Positions 55,365 to 64,000 of a stretch of 64,000 bases of DNA are shown here, piece by piece. The notes beneath the pieces are model-generated. The model worked only from the letters and a program-made list of their open reading frames with translations. It had not been told where the DNA came from and did not search any database. Within the stretch, counting starts at the first letter, position 1; each line of letters starts with the position of its first letter. The stretch lies in assembly GCA_945900755.1 (NCBI GenBank), contig CAMDKS010000013.1, positions 662 to 64,661 on the forward strand. The letters are read 5' to 3'. Position numbers and translations under genes: made by a program. The stretch comes from Bdellovibrio sp. ZAP7. GTDB taxonomy: Bacteria > Bdellovibrionota_B > Oligoflexia > Oligoflexales > RGVZ01.

Positions 55365-57630
55365 TGCCGAAGCGCAAACTCCTGACGAACTTTATCAAGC
55401 CCTTGCAACCTTGGTCGCTAAAAATATTCCAAATTTTAACGAACCAAATCTAAGGAAGGCGTATGAATTCGCGGCCAAGTGCCATGGCGATCAAAAAAGG
55501 CAGTCAGGGGAACCATACGTCACACACCCGCTTGAAGTCGCCACAATTGTGGCCTCTTTTAAGGTGGATCAAGCGAGCATCATTGCAGCGTTGCTTCACG
55601 ACGTCGTAGAAGACACGGACACCACCCTAGAGACCATTGAAAAAGAATTTGACAAAAGTGTCGCAGAGCTCGTAGACGGACTCACAAAAATCGCACGCAT
55701 AGAATTCCGCTCCACTCAGGAGCGGCTTGCCGAAAACTTCCGCAAGATGGTGCTGGCTATGGCCAAAGATATTCGTGTTATTATCGTAAAGCTTGCAGAT
55801 CGCCTCCACAACATGCGCACCATGAAGTCACTGCCTGAGGCAAAGCGACTACGTATAGCCCAAGAAACAATGGATATTTATGCGCCTCTAGCCAATCGCC
55901 TTGGCATGTACGGCGTAAAAAGCGAGCTAGAGGATCTCTGCCTTAGGCAAATTAAACCAGAAATTTACTCGGACCTAAAGGCAAAGATTTCGTCCAAAAA
56001 AAATCAGCGCCTGCAGTACATTGAAGATGTCAAAGATATTTTGATCGCAGAAATGCAAAAATACAGCTTTACTAAATTTGAGGTTACGGGTCGCCCTAAG
56101 CACTTCTATTCTATTTACAAAAAAATGCAGGATCGTACGGTCGTTTTTGAGGACATCAACGATCTGTTTGCCTTTCGAATCATTGTCGAAAGTGTCAGAG
56201 ACTGTTATGAAGCCTTGGGAGTGGTTCATGCCATGTGGAAGCCAATGCCTGGGCGGTTTAAAGACTATATTGCCATGCCCAAAGGCAACATGTATCAGTC
56301 GCTTCACACGACAGTCATTCGCCCAAGCGGAGAGCCTTGTGAGATTCAGATTCGAACAAGGACCATGCACGAAGTCTGTGAATATGGCGTAGCGGCGCAC
56401 TGGAATTATAAGGAACGAGGATCCACGCCTGCCCGTCAAACTCCTGAGTCACAAAAAATGGCGTGGCTAAACCAAATTGTGGAATGGCAAAATGAACTCA
56501 AAGATCCAGATGAATTCATGGAAGCGGTCAAAGTTGACCTTTTTGAGGAGGAAATATTTGTCTTTACCCCTAAAGGAGACGTGTTTCAACTTCCGATAAA
56601 GGCCACCGCTTTAGATTTTGCATTTGCGGTGCACTCTGCCGTCGGCCAATCGACCATCGGCGCAAAGGTCAATGGCCGAATGGTGCCAATAAAAAAAGAG
56701 CTGAAGAGCGGCGACATCATTGAAATTGTAACGTCCTCAAAACAGACTCCTAACAAAAACTGGCTATCCTTCGTCACTACGTCACGGGCCAAAAACCGAA
56801 TCCGATCCTACCTACGCTCAGAGCAGCGCGAAAAAAGTAAACTGCTAGGAATAGAAATATTGCGTCAAGAACTGAGTGCGAGGCATCTTGATTTCGATAA
56901 GATGGATAAATCGGGCGAGCTCTTGGCCCTTTCTAAACTTGCGAAAGAATCAAATGTCGACGAAATGTGTATTGCTATCGGTTACGGAAAGTGTAATCCA
57001 GAAGTCATTTTAGATCGCGCCTTTCCTCAAAAGTCAGTTCAGACTCTTGCCGAAGCACAATCGACGTCATTGTCTCAACCCGCTTTGACTCCTATACTCA
57101 CAAACAAAAAAACGGGCAAAGGCTCTAGGATCATGGTCTCGGGACTGGACAATCTTCTTGTAGTGATGGCTCGATGCTGCAACCCACTGCCGGGCGAAGA
57201 AATCGTGGGCTTTATAACTCGCGGCCGAGGTGTCACAATTCATCAGTATGAATGTCCACGAGCAAGGGATTTGGATCCTGCACGGCGAGTCGAAGCCACC
57301 TGGGGTCATCCCAAAACTTTGGACGGGGTCACCGAGTTTGCAACTCACCTACGAATTGTAACGGCCGATCGACCTGGGATTTTAGCTCAAATCACAAATA
57401 TTATTAGCCTTACAGGTGCCAACATTCAGAAGGCACAGGTACAAGTGGGCAAGGATTCTCTCGGGGTTCTTGATTTTGAGATCAAAGTTCGCGATTCCGC
57501 GCAATTGCAAATGATCATGCAAAAAATCGAAGCCACTCCCTCGGTCATGAGAATTGAACGAAAGATTCCAGGATATAATGTTAAAAAAAGCAAAGCAAAA
57601 AAAACCGTCAAAAAGAAAGCAGGGACGTAA
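55357..57630 (+). CDS. spoT: Bifunctional (p)ppGpp synthetase/hydrolase (Rel/SpoT)
   Basis: SGEPYVTHP, intact LHDVVED, RFKDYIA (RxKD type), YQSLHT, EIQIRT; TGS, CC and ACT domains. Confidence 0.95.
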   Translation: MSSAEAQTPDELYQALATLVAKNIPNFNEPNLRKAYEFAAKCHGDQKRQSGEPYVTHPLEVATIVASFKVDQASIIAALLHDVVEDTDTTLETIEKEFDKSVAELVDGLTKIARIEFRSTQERLAENFRKMVLAMAKDIRVIIVKLADRLHNMRTMKSLPEAKRLRIAQETMDIYAPLANRLGMYGVKSELEDLCLRQIKPEIYSDLKAKISSKKNQRLQYIEDVKDILIAEMQKYSFTKFEVTGRPKHFYSIYKKMQDRTVVFEDINDLFAFRIIVESVRDCYEALGVVHAMWKPMPGRFKDYIAMPKGNMYQSLHTTVIRPSGEPCEIQIRTRTMHEVCEYGVAAHWNYKERGSTPARQTPESQKMAWLNQIVEWQNELKDPDEFMEAVKVDLFEEEIFVFTPKGDVFQLPIKATALDFAFAVHSAVGQSTIGAKVNGRMVPIKKELKSGDIIEIVTSSKQTPNKNWLSFVTTSRAKNRIRSYLRSEQREKSKLLGIEILRQELSARHLDFDKMDKSGELLALSKLAKESNVDEMCIAIGYGKCNPEVILDRAFPQKSVQTLAEAQSTSLSQPALTPILTNKKTGKGSRIMVSGLDNLLVVMARCCNPLPGEEIVGFITRGRGVTIHQYECPRARDLDPARRVEATWGHPKTLDGVTEFATHLRIVTADRPGILAQITNIISLTGANIQKAQVQVGKDSLGVLDFEIKVRDSAQLQMIMQKIEATPSVMRIERKIPGYNVKKSKAKKTVKKKAGT

Positions 57631-58100
57631 TGCCACTTATTAGTACCGAAAAATTTGCCGTTAAAATCAGAATTCTTCCCATTCTGCGACAAAAATTCTT
57701 GCCTTTTATTCTCGTCATATCTGCCATAGTTATCGCCACCTCACGAGCGAACCCTGCGTTAGCGGCAGGGAAAGCTACAGTGGAGATCACAGCAACTGAA
57801 TTAAAAAACAAAAAGATAGAGCTTTCGTTTACCACCAAGGCGGCCACTGGCCTTGTCATCAATCCTGAGGGGCCGTGGAAGCTAACCGTCAAGGATGCTG
57901 GCACCATAAAACTGGATAAGATGGAATATAAAAGAGAAGAGTGGAACGAAAAGAACGCGACCTTTACGGCGACGGGCGTTCCAAGTGATAAAAAAACGAC
58001 TGACGTCAATTACAAAATGATTGTGTTTGTCTGCACTAAAGAAAAGTCCCAGTGCTTTCGCGAAGTCGTCGAGGGGCCTACCACCGTCACCTGGAAATAA
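57630..58100 (+). CDS. Hypothetical secreted protein
   Basis: Signal peptide ending ALA; IN.EGPWKL and C-x6-C near the C-terminus. Confidence 0.6.
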   Translation: MPLISTEKFAVKIRILPILRQKFLPFILVISAIVIATSRANPALAAGKATVEITATELKNKKIELSFTTKAATGLVINPEGPWKLTVKDAGTIKLDKMEYKREEWNEKNATFTATGVPSDKKTTDVNYKMIVFVCTKEKSQCFREVVEGPTTVTWK

Positions 58101-58144
58101 TCGCATTCCCATTAAAATTTAATTTACCAAATTTGAGATTCAAC

Positions 58145-60103
58145 ATGAAACCGACCAATACTTACGTGCCACCAGACATCGCAACCCTCAAAAAAAACGT
58201 GTTCCGCCCTAAAAAGGCCGTCGTTACGGCGGGAATGGTTTACGCTAATGGTCCAGCCCATTTGGGACACCTTGCAGGATGTCATATCCCCGCGGACATC
58301 TGTGCGAGATACCTACGAATGCTTATCGGCGCAGAAAACGTCTTGTTCCCGTGCGGCACTGATGATCACGGATCCGCCAGTGAGCTTGCAGCGGTCAAGG
58401 CTGGCGAAACCATTCAGGAATATATCGGTAAAATTCACGCCGGACAAAAATCCACGATGGAGCGCTATACCATTAGCTGTGACGTCTACACGGGTACGTC
58501 TAGGGACGAATGTTTTCCTATCCACCAGGAAATCTCACAAGATTTTATTCGCAAGATGCACAAAAACGGCATGCTGGAAAAACGCACGAGCAAGCAGTGG
58601 TATGATCCCAAGCTAAAACGCTTTCTCCAAGATCGGTTTGTGACGGGTAAATGTCCAAACCCTAAATGCGAAAACCAGGGCGCGTACAGTGACGAATGCG
58701 ACCATTGTGGCACTCAGTATGATCCTACCGAACTCCAGTCCCCCAAAAGCGCGCTGAGTGACGCCACCCCTGAATTGCGGGACACGGTTCACTGGTGGCT
58801 TGATCTATGGAAGGTTGCAGACCCGCTCAGACAGTGGGTTCAAACCAGAGAAAAAGTTTGGCGAAGTGGCGCCTACTTGGAAGTCATTAACACGGTGCTA
58901 CCTGGGTTGCGTTTTAGTAATGTTCATGAGACTGCTTATAAGCTCTTAAAAGACACCCTACCGAAACACAAAAGTAAGTATGCAGCCGGTAAAAAAATCA
59001 TGCTCCAATGCGAAAACAAAGCTGATTTGATATCTATTCGAGCCTTGCTTGACAGCAAAGACTTCGGCACTGAACTTGCCGATGACTGGGCGCACCGCTC
59101 CATGACGAGAGATGTATCATGGGGCATTCCCCTGCCCCTTGATCTCGATCCAGAAATGAAAGACAAAACTCTATATGTTTGGCCTGACTCTTTGATCGCA
59201 CCCATTTCTTTTTCGAAGGTGGCACTAAAAAAGCAGGGACGCGATCCAAACCTTTCTGACGAATTTTGGAAGGATCCTGATGCGCGAATTTGTCAGTTCC
59301 TTGGCCAAGACAATGTTTTTTTCTACACCTTGATGCAAGGAGCCATGTGGCTTGGCACTCAGTCCGACCCCTTGACTTTGCCAACGAAGGGTCAGTATCA
59401 GATGACCGATGTTTTCAGCGTCTTCCATTTGATGGTTGACGGAGACAAGATGAGCAAGTCTCGTGGAAATTTTTACACGGGCGATCAGTTATTGGACGAA
59501 AAGGGATATACCGCCGATCAAATTCGTTATTTTCTCGCCTTGCTGAGTCTTCCGGAAAAATCGTCCAATTTTGATTTCAACACATTAATTGAACGCAACA
59601 AGTTTCTGGCCGGCCCCATGAATGCCGCGTTCGAAAAGCCTATTTCGGCGTGCCATTCAAAATTTGGGGGAAAGGTTCCTAACGGCAACCTACACCCTAA
59701 AATTTTGGATGAGTCGACTAAAATGATTCAGCGTTACCTGAAATCCATGGAGCGAGCCGAATACGCGACACTCTTGTATGCGATCGAAAACTATGCCCGC
59801 GCCATAAATAGCTTATTCACTCAGTTTAAACCTCACGACGACCGCTTTCCTGAAGAACAGCGAAATGACGCCTTGTTTACCTGCTTCTACGTTTTAAAAA
59901 ACATAATCATCATGCTCTATCCATTTGTACCAACGACCATGGACAGAGTGCGAGAATCCCTAAACCTGCCTGCCACTGTATTTTCAGTGGATGAACTAGG
60001 GGTCCCGATGGCCGGCGGTCACGCCATTGGGCAAAAGCAGGATTTCTTCCCCGCAGTAGCTGGGACTTCTGTGGGACCGGTCCCGTCCACGTCCGAAACC
60101 TGA
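58145..60103 (+). CDS. metG: Methionine--tRNA ligase
   Basis: YANGPAHLGH (HIGH), GTDDHG, Zn knuckle, TRDVSWGIP, YVWPD, KMSKS. Confidence 0.93.
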   Translation: MKPTNTYVPPDIATLKKNVFRPKKAVVTAGMVYANGPAHLGHLAGCHIPADICARYLRMLIGAENVLFPCGTDDHGSASELAAVKAGETIQEYIGKIHAGQKSTMERYTISCDVYTGTSRDECFPIHQEISQDFIRKMHKNGMLEKRTSKQWYDPKLKRFLQDRFVTGKCPNPKCENQGAYSDECDHCGTQYDPTELQSPKSALSDATPELRDTVHWWLDLWKVADPLRQWVQTREKVWRSGAYLEVINTVLPGLRFSNVHETAYKLLKDTLPKHKSKYAAGKKIMLQCENKADLISIRALLDSKDFGTELADDWAHRSMTRDVSWGIPLPLDLDPEMKDKTLYVWPDSLIAPISFSKVALKKQGRDPNLSDEFWKDPDARICQFLGQDNVFFYTLMQGAMWLGTQSDPLTLPTKGQYQMTDVFSVFHLMVDGDKMSKSRGNFYTGDQLLDEKGYTADQIRYFLALLSLPEKSSNFDFNTLIERNKFLAGPMNAAFEKPISACHSKFGGKVPNGNLHPKILDESTKMIQRYLKSMERAEYATLLYAIENYARAINSLFTQFKPHDDRFPEEQRNDALFTCFYVLKNIIIMLYPFVPTTMDRVRESLNLPATVFSVDELGVPMAGGHAIGQKQDFFPAVAGTSVGPVPSTSET

Positions 60104-60109
60104 GACCAC

Positions 60110-60769
60110 ATGACGACGATTCTCCTTTATAGCGATTTTCGACCGAACATCAGCATCTTAGTTGACGACCAAATGCTACGCGTTTTAGCTGGTACGGCGT
60201 GTCGCATCGTCTACATTCCATCGGACTCAGACACCAAAAGACGATACTTTTCCAAGGTCGTCGATCAGTATGCCAAACTTGGCATTACTGACGTCCACTA
60301 TTTTGACCTTGGCGAAGAGTTTGACGCCGCAAGTATTCCTACACTTCTTGCTTGCGACTTGATTCACCTCTCTGGTGGCGATCCTGTGCGCTTCATGGAG
60401 TTGATGAAACAACGGAGCTTTAGCGAACACCTAAGAGCTTTTCTTAAGCGTGGCGGCGTGCTCATGGGGGTAAGTGCCGGAGCCATGATTCTCTCGCGTT
60501 CCCTTGGGCTGTTGGCCATCGACGAAGGTCCAAAGAGTAAATCCGGGCGGAGGGATTCAAAGTCATCCCCAAAAAATAGCACGTTAAAATTTTTAGATTT
60601 TGAATTCTATCCGCATTTTAAAAGCGACGAGCAGACGTCGAAGCACTTAGCCCACTACGCGCGCGCTCAAAAAACCGTCGTCTACGCCTGCGATGACGAC
60701 GCTGGTCTCATGGTTCAAAATGGTCAGGTCACATCGATTGGTCAAGTCACTCGGTTTGAACCGTGGTGA
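60110..60769 (+). CDS. Peptidase S51 (dipeptidase E/cyanophycinase-like)
   Basis: YIPS, LSGGDP, GVSAGAM nucleophile elbow, YPHF. Confidence 0.85.
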   Translation: MTTILLYSDFRPNISILVDDQMLRVLAGTACRIVYIPSDSDTKRRYFSKVVDQYAKLGITDVHYFDLGEEFDAASIPTLLACDLIHLSGGDPVRFMELMKQRSFSEHLRAFLKRGGVLMGVSAGAMILSRSLGLLAIDEGPKSKSGRRDSKSSPKNSTLKFLDFEFYPHFKSDEQTSKHLAHYARAQKTVVYACDDDAGLMVQNGQVTSIGQVTRFEPW

Positions 60770-60788
60770 ACTCAGTGGTTACGATAGA

Positions 60789-61646
60789 TTAATATTTTCT
60801 ATCGTAAGGTTTTTTAATGACACCGCGTTTGATCAACTCTTCTTCTTCGACCGCTTTAATTTCGTCAATCATGCCGCGAACATCCGCTTTTTTGGTACTG
60901 TGTTGAAAATAGCCCGTTAATTTAGAATCAGGCTTTAGTTTTCCGTTTTCATAAAGCTTCCAAATCTCATGCGCATAATCACTTGACGCAATCTCTGGAG
61001 CAAATCGGCTAAAATAGGCAGCCAGCTGCACTAGATCACGTTCAAACAATCGAAAGGCATTGTTAGCTGTTGATTGGATGGCCTGAGGAAGATCGATAAT
61101 CACAGGACCGTCGTGGGCCATAAGAATATTAAATTCCGATAAATCCCCATGGACGTATCCAGCACACAGCATCAAAACAACTTGCCGCATGATTATTGTG
61201 TGGCACTCTCGGGCTTTTTCTTTGGTCAACGTCACATCGTTAAGCCTCGGAGCTGCTTGCCCTTCGGAGTCAACAATCATTTCAAGCAGGATGACACCCT
61301 CATAGTAGTCGTAAGTTTTCGGCACCCGAACGCCTGCTGCTGCAAGCATTGTGAGGGCTTCAACTTCAGTACTTTGCCAATCCGATTCGCGTTCTTCGCG
61401 TCCATGGCGACTACCACTATTTTTGGCGCGTGCATCACGAGAGTTACGAGATTTTCGACCCTCTGTGTACTGAGACGCATTTTTAAACGACCGATTGTTG
61501 GCTTCTTTATAAACTTTAGCGCAGCGATATTCGCCATTAGACAATACAACATACACTTCGGCTTCTTTGCCGCTCTTAAGTTGACCGACAACGTCTTCGA
61601 TCAAGTTGGCATCTAACAATGGCTGTAAACGGGGTGGCATTCTCAT
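60789..61646 (-). CDS. RIO1-family serine/threonine kinase
   Basis: LKSGKEAEVY, CAKVYK, GVRVPK, VHGDLSEFNIL, IIDLPQA. Confidence 0.93.
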   Translation of the reverse strand: MRMPPRLQPLLDANLIEDVVGQLKSGKEAEVYVVLSNGEYRCAKVYKEANNRSFKNASQYTEGRKSRNSRDARAKNSGSRHGREERESDWQSTEVEALTMLAAAGVRVPKTYDYYEGVILLEMIVDSEGQAAPRLNDVTLTKEKARECHTIIMRQVVLMLCAGYVHGDLSEFNILMAHDGPVIIDLPQAIQSTANNAFRLFERDLVQLAAYFSRFAPEIASSDYAHEIWKLYENGKLKPDSKLTGYFQHSTKKADVRGMIDEIKAVEEEELIKRGVIKKPYDRKY

Positions 61647-61741
61647 AGTTATATAAATATACCAATATAAAGACAAAAGTCGATAAAAAGTCAGACGCGG
61701 ATATTTGACGCATTTAAATGAGCAATATCATCAGGTTGAGT

Positions 61742-61777
61742 ATATTCAAATATATCTATATACAAAAATATTAATAT
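61742..61777. promoter_or_regulatory. Candidate SahR operator pair
   Basis: Two overlapping 20-bp ATAT-N12-ATAT elements (61742-61761, 61758-61777) upstream of sahR. The region is very AT-rich, so the evidence is weak. Confidence 0.35.
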
Positions 61778-61826
61778 TGCTTAGGATATCACCTGAATAG
61801 CTTTCCTTTGTACTAAGGATTTAGAA

Positions 61827-62828
61827 GTGGCAAGTACTCAATCAAAATCTACCCAGGCATCAAGTGCAGATGGCTTTGCCGCATCCTCTGCGTTAGCTGC
61901 GATGTGCAAGGCGTCCTCAGATCCCCTGCGCATTGATATCGTAAGAGTGCTAAGCAAGGAGTCTTTTGGCGTGCAAGAGCTCGCTTCGATTTTAGGTGTA
62001 CCGCAACCAGGAATGAGTCATCATTTAAAAATTCTTGCAAAATGTGGTCTCTTGGTCACGCGTCGCCAAGGTAATTCCATATTTTATCGGCGAGCTCTAC
62101 TTCTCGATAGTGAATCACAAAGTCGACTACAATCCAGTCTTTACACCGCGATTGACGAGATTTCTCTGCCTGACGACTACAGTAAAAGGATCTCGGAAGT
62201 CTACGACGAAAGGTCGCTGCAGTCGCGCAACTATTTCGACCGAAATGTTGAAAAATTCGCAGAAAATCAGGGGATGCTGTGCGATCTGGGGCAGTATTTA
62301 GGCAATCTTCTTGAGTTGCTCGACGTGATGCAACTGCCAAGAAAAAGTCAGGTTTTGGAAGTTGGGCCAGGGCAGGGCCTCTTCCTTGACGAGCTAGCCA
62401 AGCGTTTTGACAAAATCGTCGCCCTCGATAATTCTGGGGAAATGTTGAAGCTCGCAAAAAGTCGCTCAACTCGACGCAGTGATAATATTCAATTTGTTAA
62501 TCGCTCCCTCGACGCCTACAAGATTAGCACGCAAGAATCGTTTGATGCGGTGGTATTAAATATGGTATTGCACCATATGCCCTCTCCACAGCAGGCTCTT
62601 AAGAAATTAGGGGACATACTTCAGGTTGGCGGTTTTTTGCTTATAGCCGATCTTTGCTCTCACAATCAAGAATGGGCTAGAGAATCGTGTGGCGATGTTT
62701 GGCTTGGCTTTGATCCAAAAGATGTTGATGAGTGGGCTGCGAGTGCGGGGTTTAACGTAGAGCAAAGTCTTTATTTAGGTTTGAAGAATGGCTTTCAGAT
62801 TCAGCTGAAGCTGTTTAGAAAATATTAG
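61827..62828 (+). CDS. sahR: ArsR-HTH + SAM-methyltransferase-domain regulator (SahR)
   Basis: DPLRI...[14 protein letters not shown]...RRQG; LEVGPGQG; NMVLHH; directly upstream of ahcY. Confidence 0.85.
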   Translation: MASTQSKSTQASSADGFAASSALAAMCKASSDPLRIDIVRVLSKESFGVQELASILGVPQPGMSHHLKILAKCGLLVTRRQGNSIFYRRALLLDSESQSRLQSSLYTAIDEISLPDDYSKRISEVYDERSLQSRNYFDRNVEKFAENQGMLCDLGQYLGNLLELLDVMQLPRKSQVLEVGPGQGLFLDELAKRFDKIVALDNSGEMLKLAKSRSTRRSDNIQFVNRSLDAYKISTQESFDAVVLNMVLHHMPSPQQALKKLGDILQVGGFLLIADLCSHNQEWARESCGDVWLGFDPKDVDEWAASAGFNVEQSLYLGLKNGFQIQLKLFRKY

Positions 62829-62884
62829 GGTCAATGAAGAATTTATTAACGCTTTTTAACAGCATAATTAGAAGGAAAAAACAG

Positions 62885-64000
62885 ATGTCAAAACATGATT
62901 ACAAAGTAGCGGACATGAGCCTCGCCGATTTCGGTCGCAGAGAAATTATCCTTGCAGAGGTTGAGATGCCCGCACTTATGGGCCTACGCCGCAAGCACAG
63001 TGCTGCAAAGCCTTTAAAAGGCGCCAAGGTCATTGGTTGCATTCACATGACAATCCAGACTGCCGTTTTAATTGAAACTCTCGTTGATCTTGGCGCAGAA
63101 GTTCGCTGGTCTTCATGTAACATCTTCTCGACCCAAGATCACGCAGCCGCTGCTATCGCAAAAGCTGGCGTAGCGGTTTATGCTTGGAAAGGCCAAACCA
63201 ACGAAGAAGCTAGCTGGTGTATTGAGCAAACCATTCTTAAGGATGGCCAGCCTTGGGATTGCAACATGATTTTGGACGATGGCGGCGACCTAACTGAAAT
63301 GGTTCACCACAAATATCCAAAAATGCTCGATAAGATTCACGGCATTACGGAAGAAACCACCACTGGCGTTCACCGCCTTGTGGAAATGATGGTTGAAGGA
63401 ACTCTTAAAGTTCCTGCTATTAACGTCAACGACTCTGTTACCAAATCAAAAAATGACAACAAGTACGGATGTCGACACAGCCTCAACGACGCGATCAAAC
63501 GCGGCACTGACATGCTAATGGCCGGCAAAAAAGCACTGGTTATCGGTTACGGCGACGTGGGTAAGGGCTCCGCTCAAAGCCTTCGTCAAGAAGGCATGAT
63601 CGTAAAAATTTCTGAAATCGATCCTATCTGCGCTATGCAAGCGTGTATGGACGGCTACGAAGTTGTTTCACCATACAAAAACGGAATCAATACAGGAAAA
63701 GAAGACGGCGTCGACAAAGCACTGATGGGCACACTAGACCTGATCGTTACCACCACTGGCAACGTCGATGTTTGTGACCGCTTCATGCTATCACACGTCA
63801 AGAATGCGGCTGTAGTTTGTAACATTGGGCACTTTGACAGTGAAATCGACACCAAGTTCCTCCGCGAAAAATTTGAGTGGGAAGAAGTTAAGCCACAAGT
63901 TCACAAAATTCACCGTGATAACAAAGACGCTTCGAACTTCATCATTTTGCTTTCCGAAGGTCGCCTCGTAAACCTTGGCAACGCAACCGGCCACCCATCA
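62885..64000 (+). CDS. ahcY: Adenosylhomocysteinase, 3'-truncated by the window edge (absent from the ORF track)
   Basis: Manual translation: [95 protein letters not shown]. Confidence 0.97.
   Translation, partial: MSKHDYKVADMSLADFGRREIILAEVEMPALMGLRRKHSAAKPLKGAKVIGCIHMTIQTAVLIETLVDLGAEVRWSSCNIFSTQDHAAAAIAKAGVAVYAWKGQTNEEASWCIEQTILKDGQPWDCNMILDDGGDLTEMVHHKYPKMLDKIHGITEETTTGVHRLVEMMVEGTLKVPAINVNDSVTKSKNDNKYGCRHSLNDAIKRGTDMLMAGKKALVIGYGDVGKGSAQSLRQEGMIVKISEIDPICAMQACMDGYEVVSPYKNGINTGKEDGVDKALMGTLDLIVTTTGNVDVCDRFMLSHVKNAAVVCNIGHFDSEIDTKFLREKFEWEEVKPQVHKIHRDNKDASNFIILLSEGRLVNLGNATGHPS

Overview
Bacterial chromosomal window. The gene content (Agl-Glt gliding cluster, GNVGIGTT fibre protein, many lipoproteins) suggests Bdellovibrionota/Oligoflexia; this is inference. 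The left ~12.7 kb is accessory: a 5'-truncated mosaic trimeric fibre adhesin, a YD/Rhs-repeat lipoprotein, a nucleotidyltransferase + ribbon-helix-helix pair with its own promoter and a tandem palindromic operator, a perfect 20-bp inverted repeat, a beta-carbonic anhydrase, a trypsin-like lipoprotein with an (NP)9 linker, and a hicAB cassette between two perfect 72-bp copies of the fabI 3' end. The rest is mostly housekeeping and envelope genes: fabI, a gluzincin/beta-barrel protein, a CBS hybrid kinase, Dus, a multicopper oxidase, apaG, nlpD-like/surE, a glycosylation trio whose GT2 gene has an in-frame TAG, an aglRQS-glt gliding operon with related 13-bp tandem repeats in two upstream regions, orphan nuoB, icd, an Fe3+-type ABC transporter preceded by a C11 tract, a subtilase operon, gmk-rel, metG, a RIO1 kinase and sahR-ahcY (3'-truncated). 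I saw no rRNA, tRNA, CRISPR array, integrase or transposase. All calls come from motif reading only; no database searches were run.
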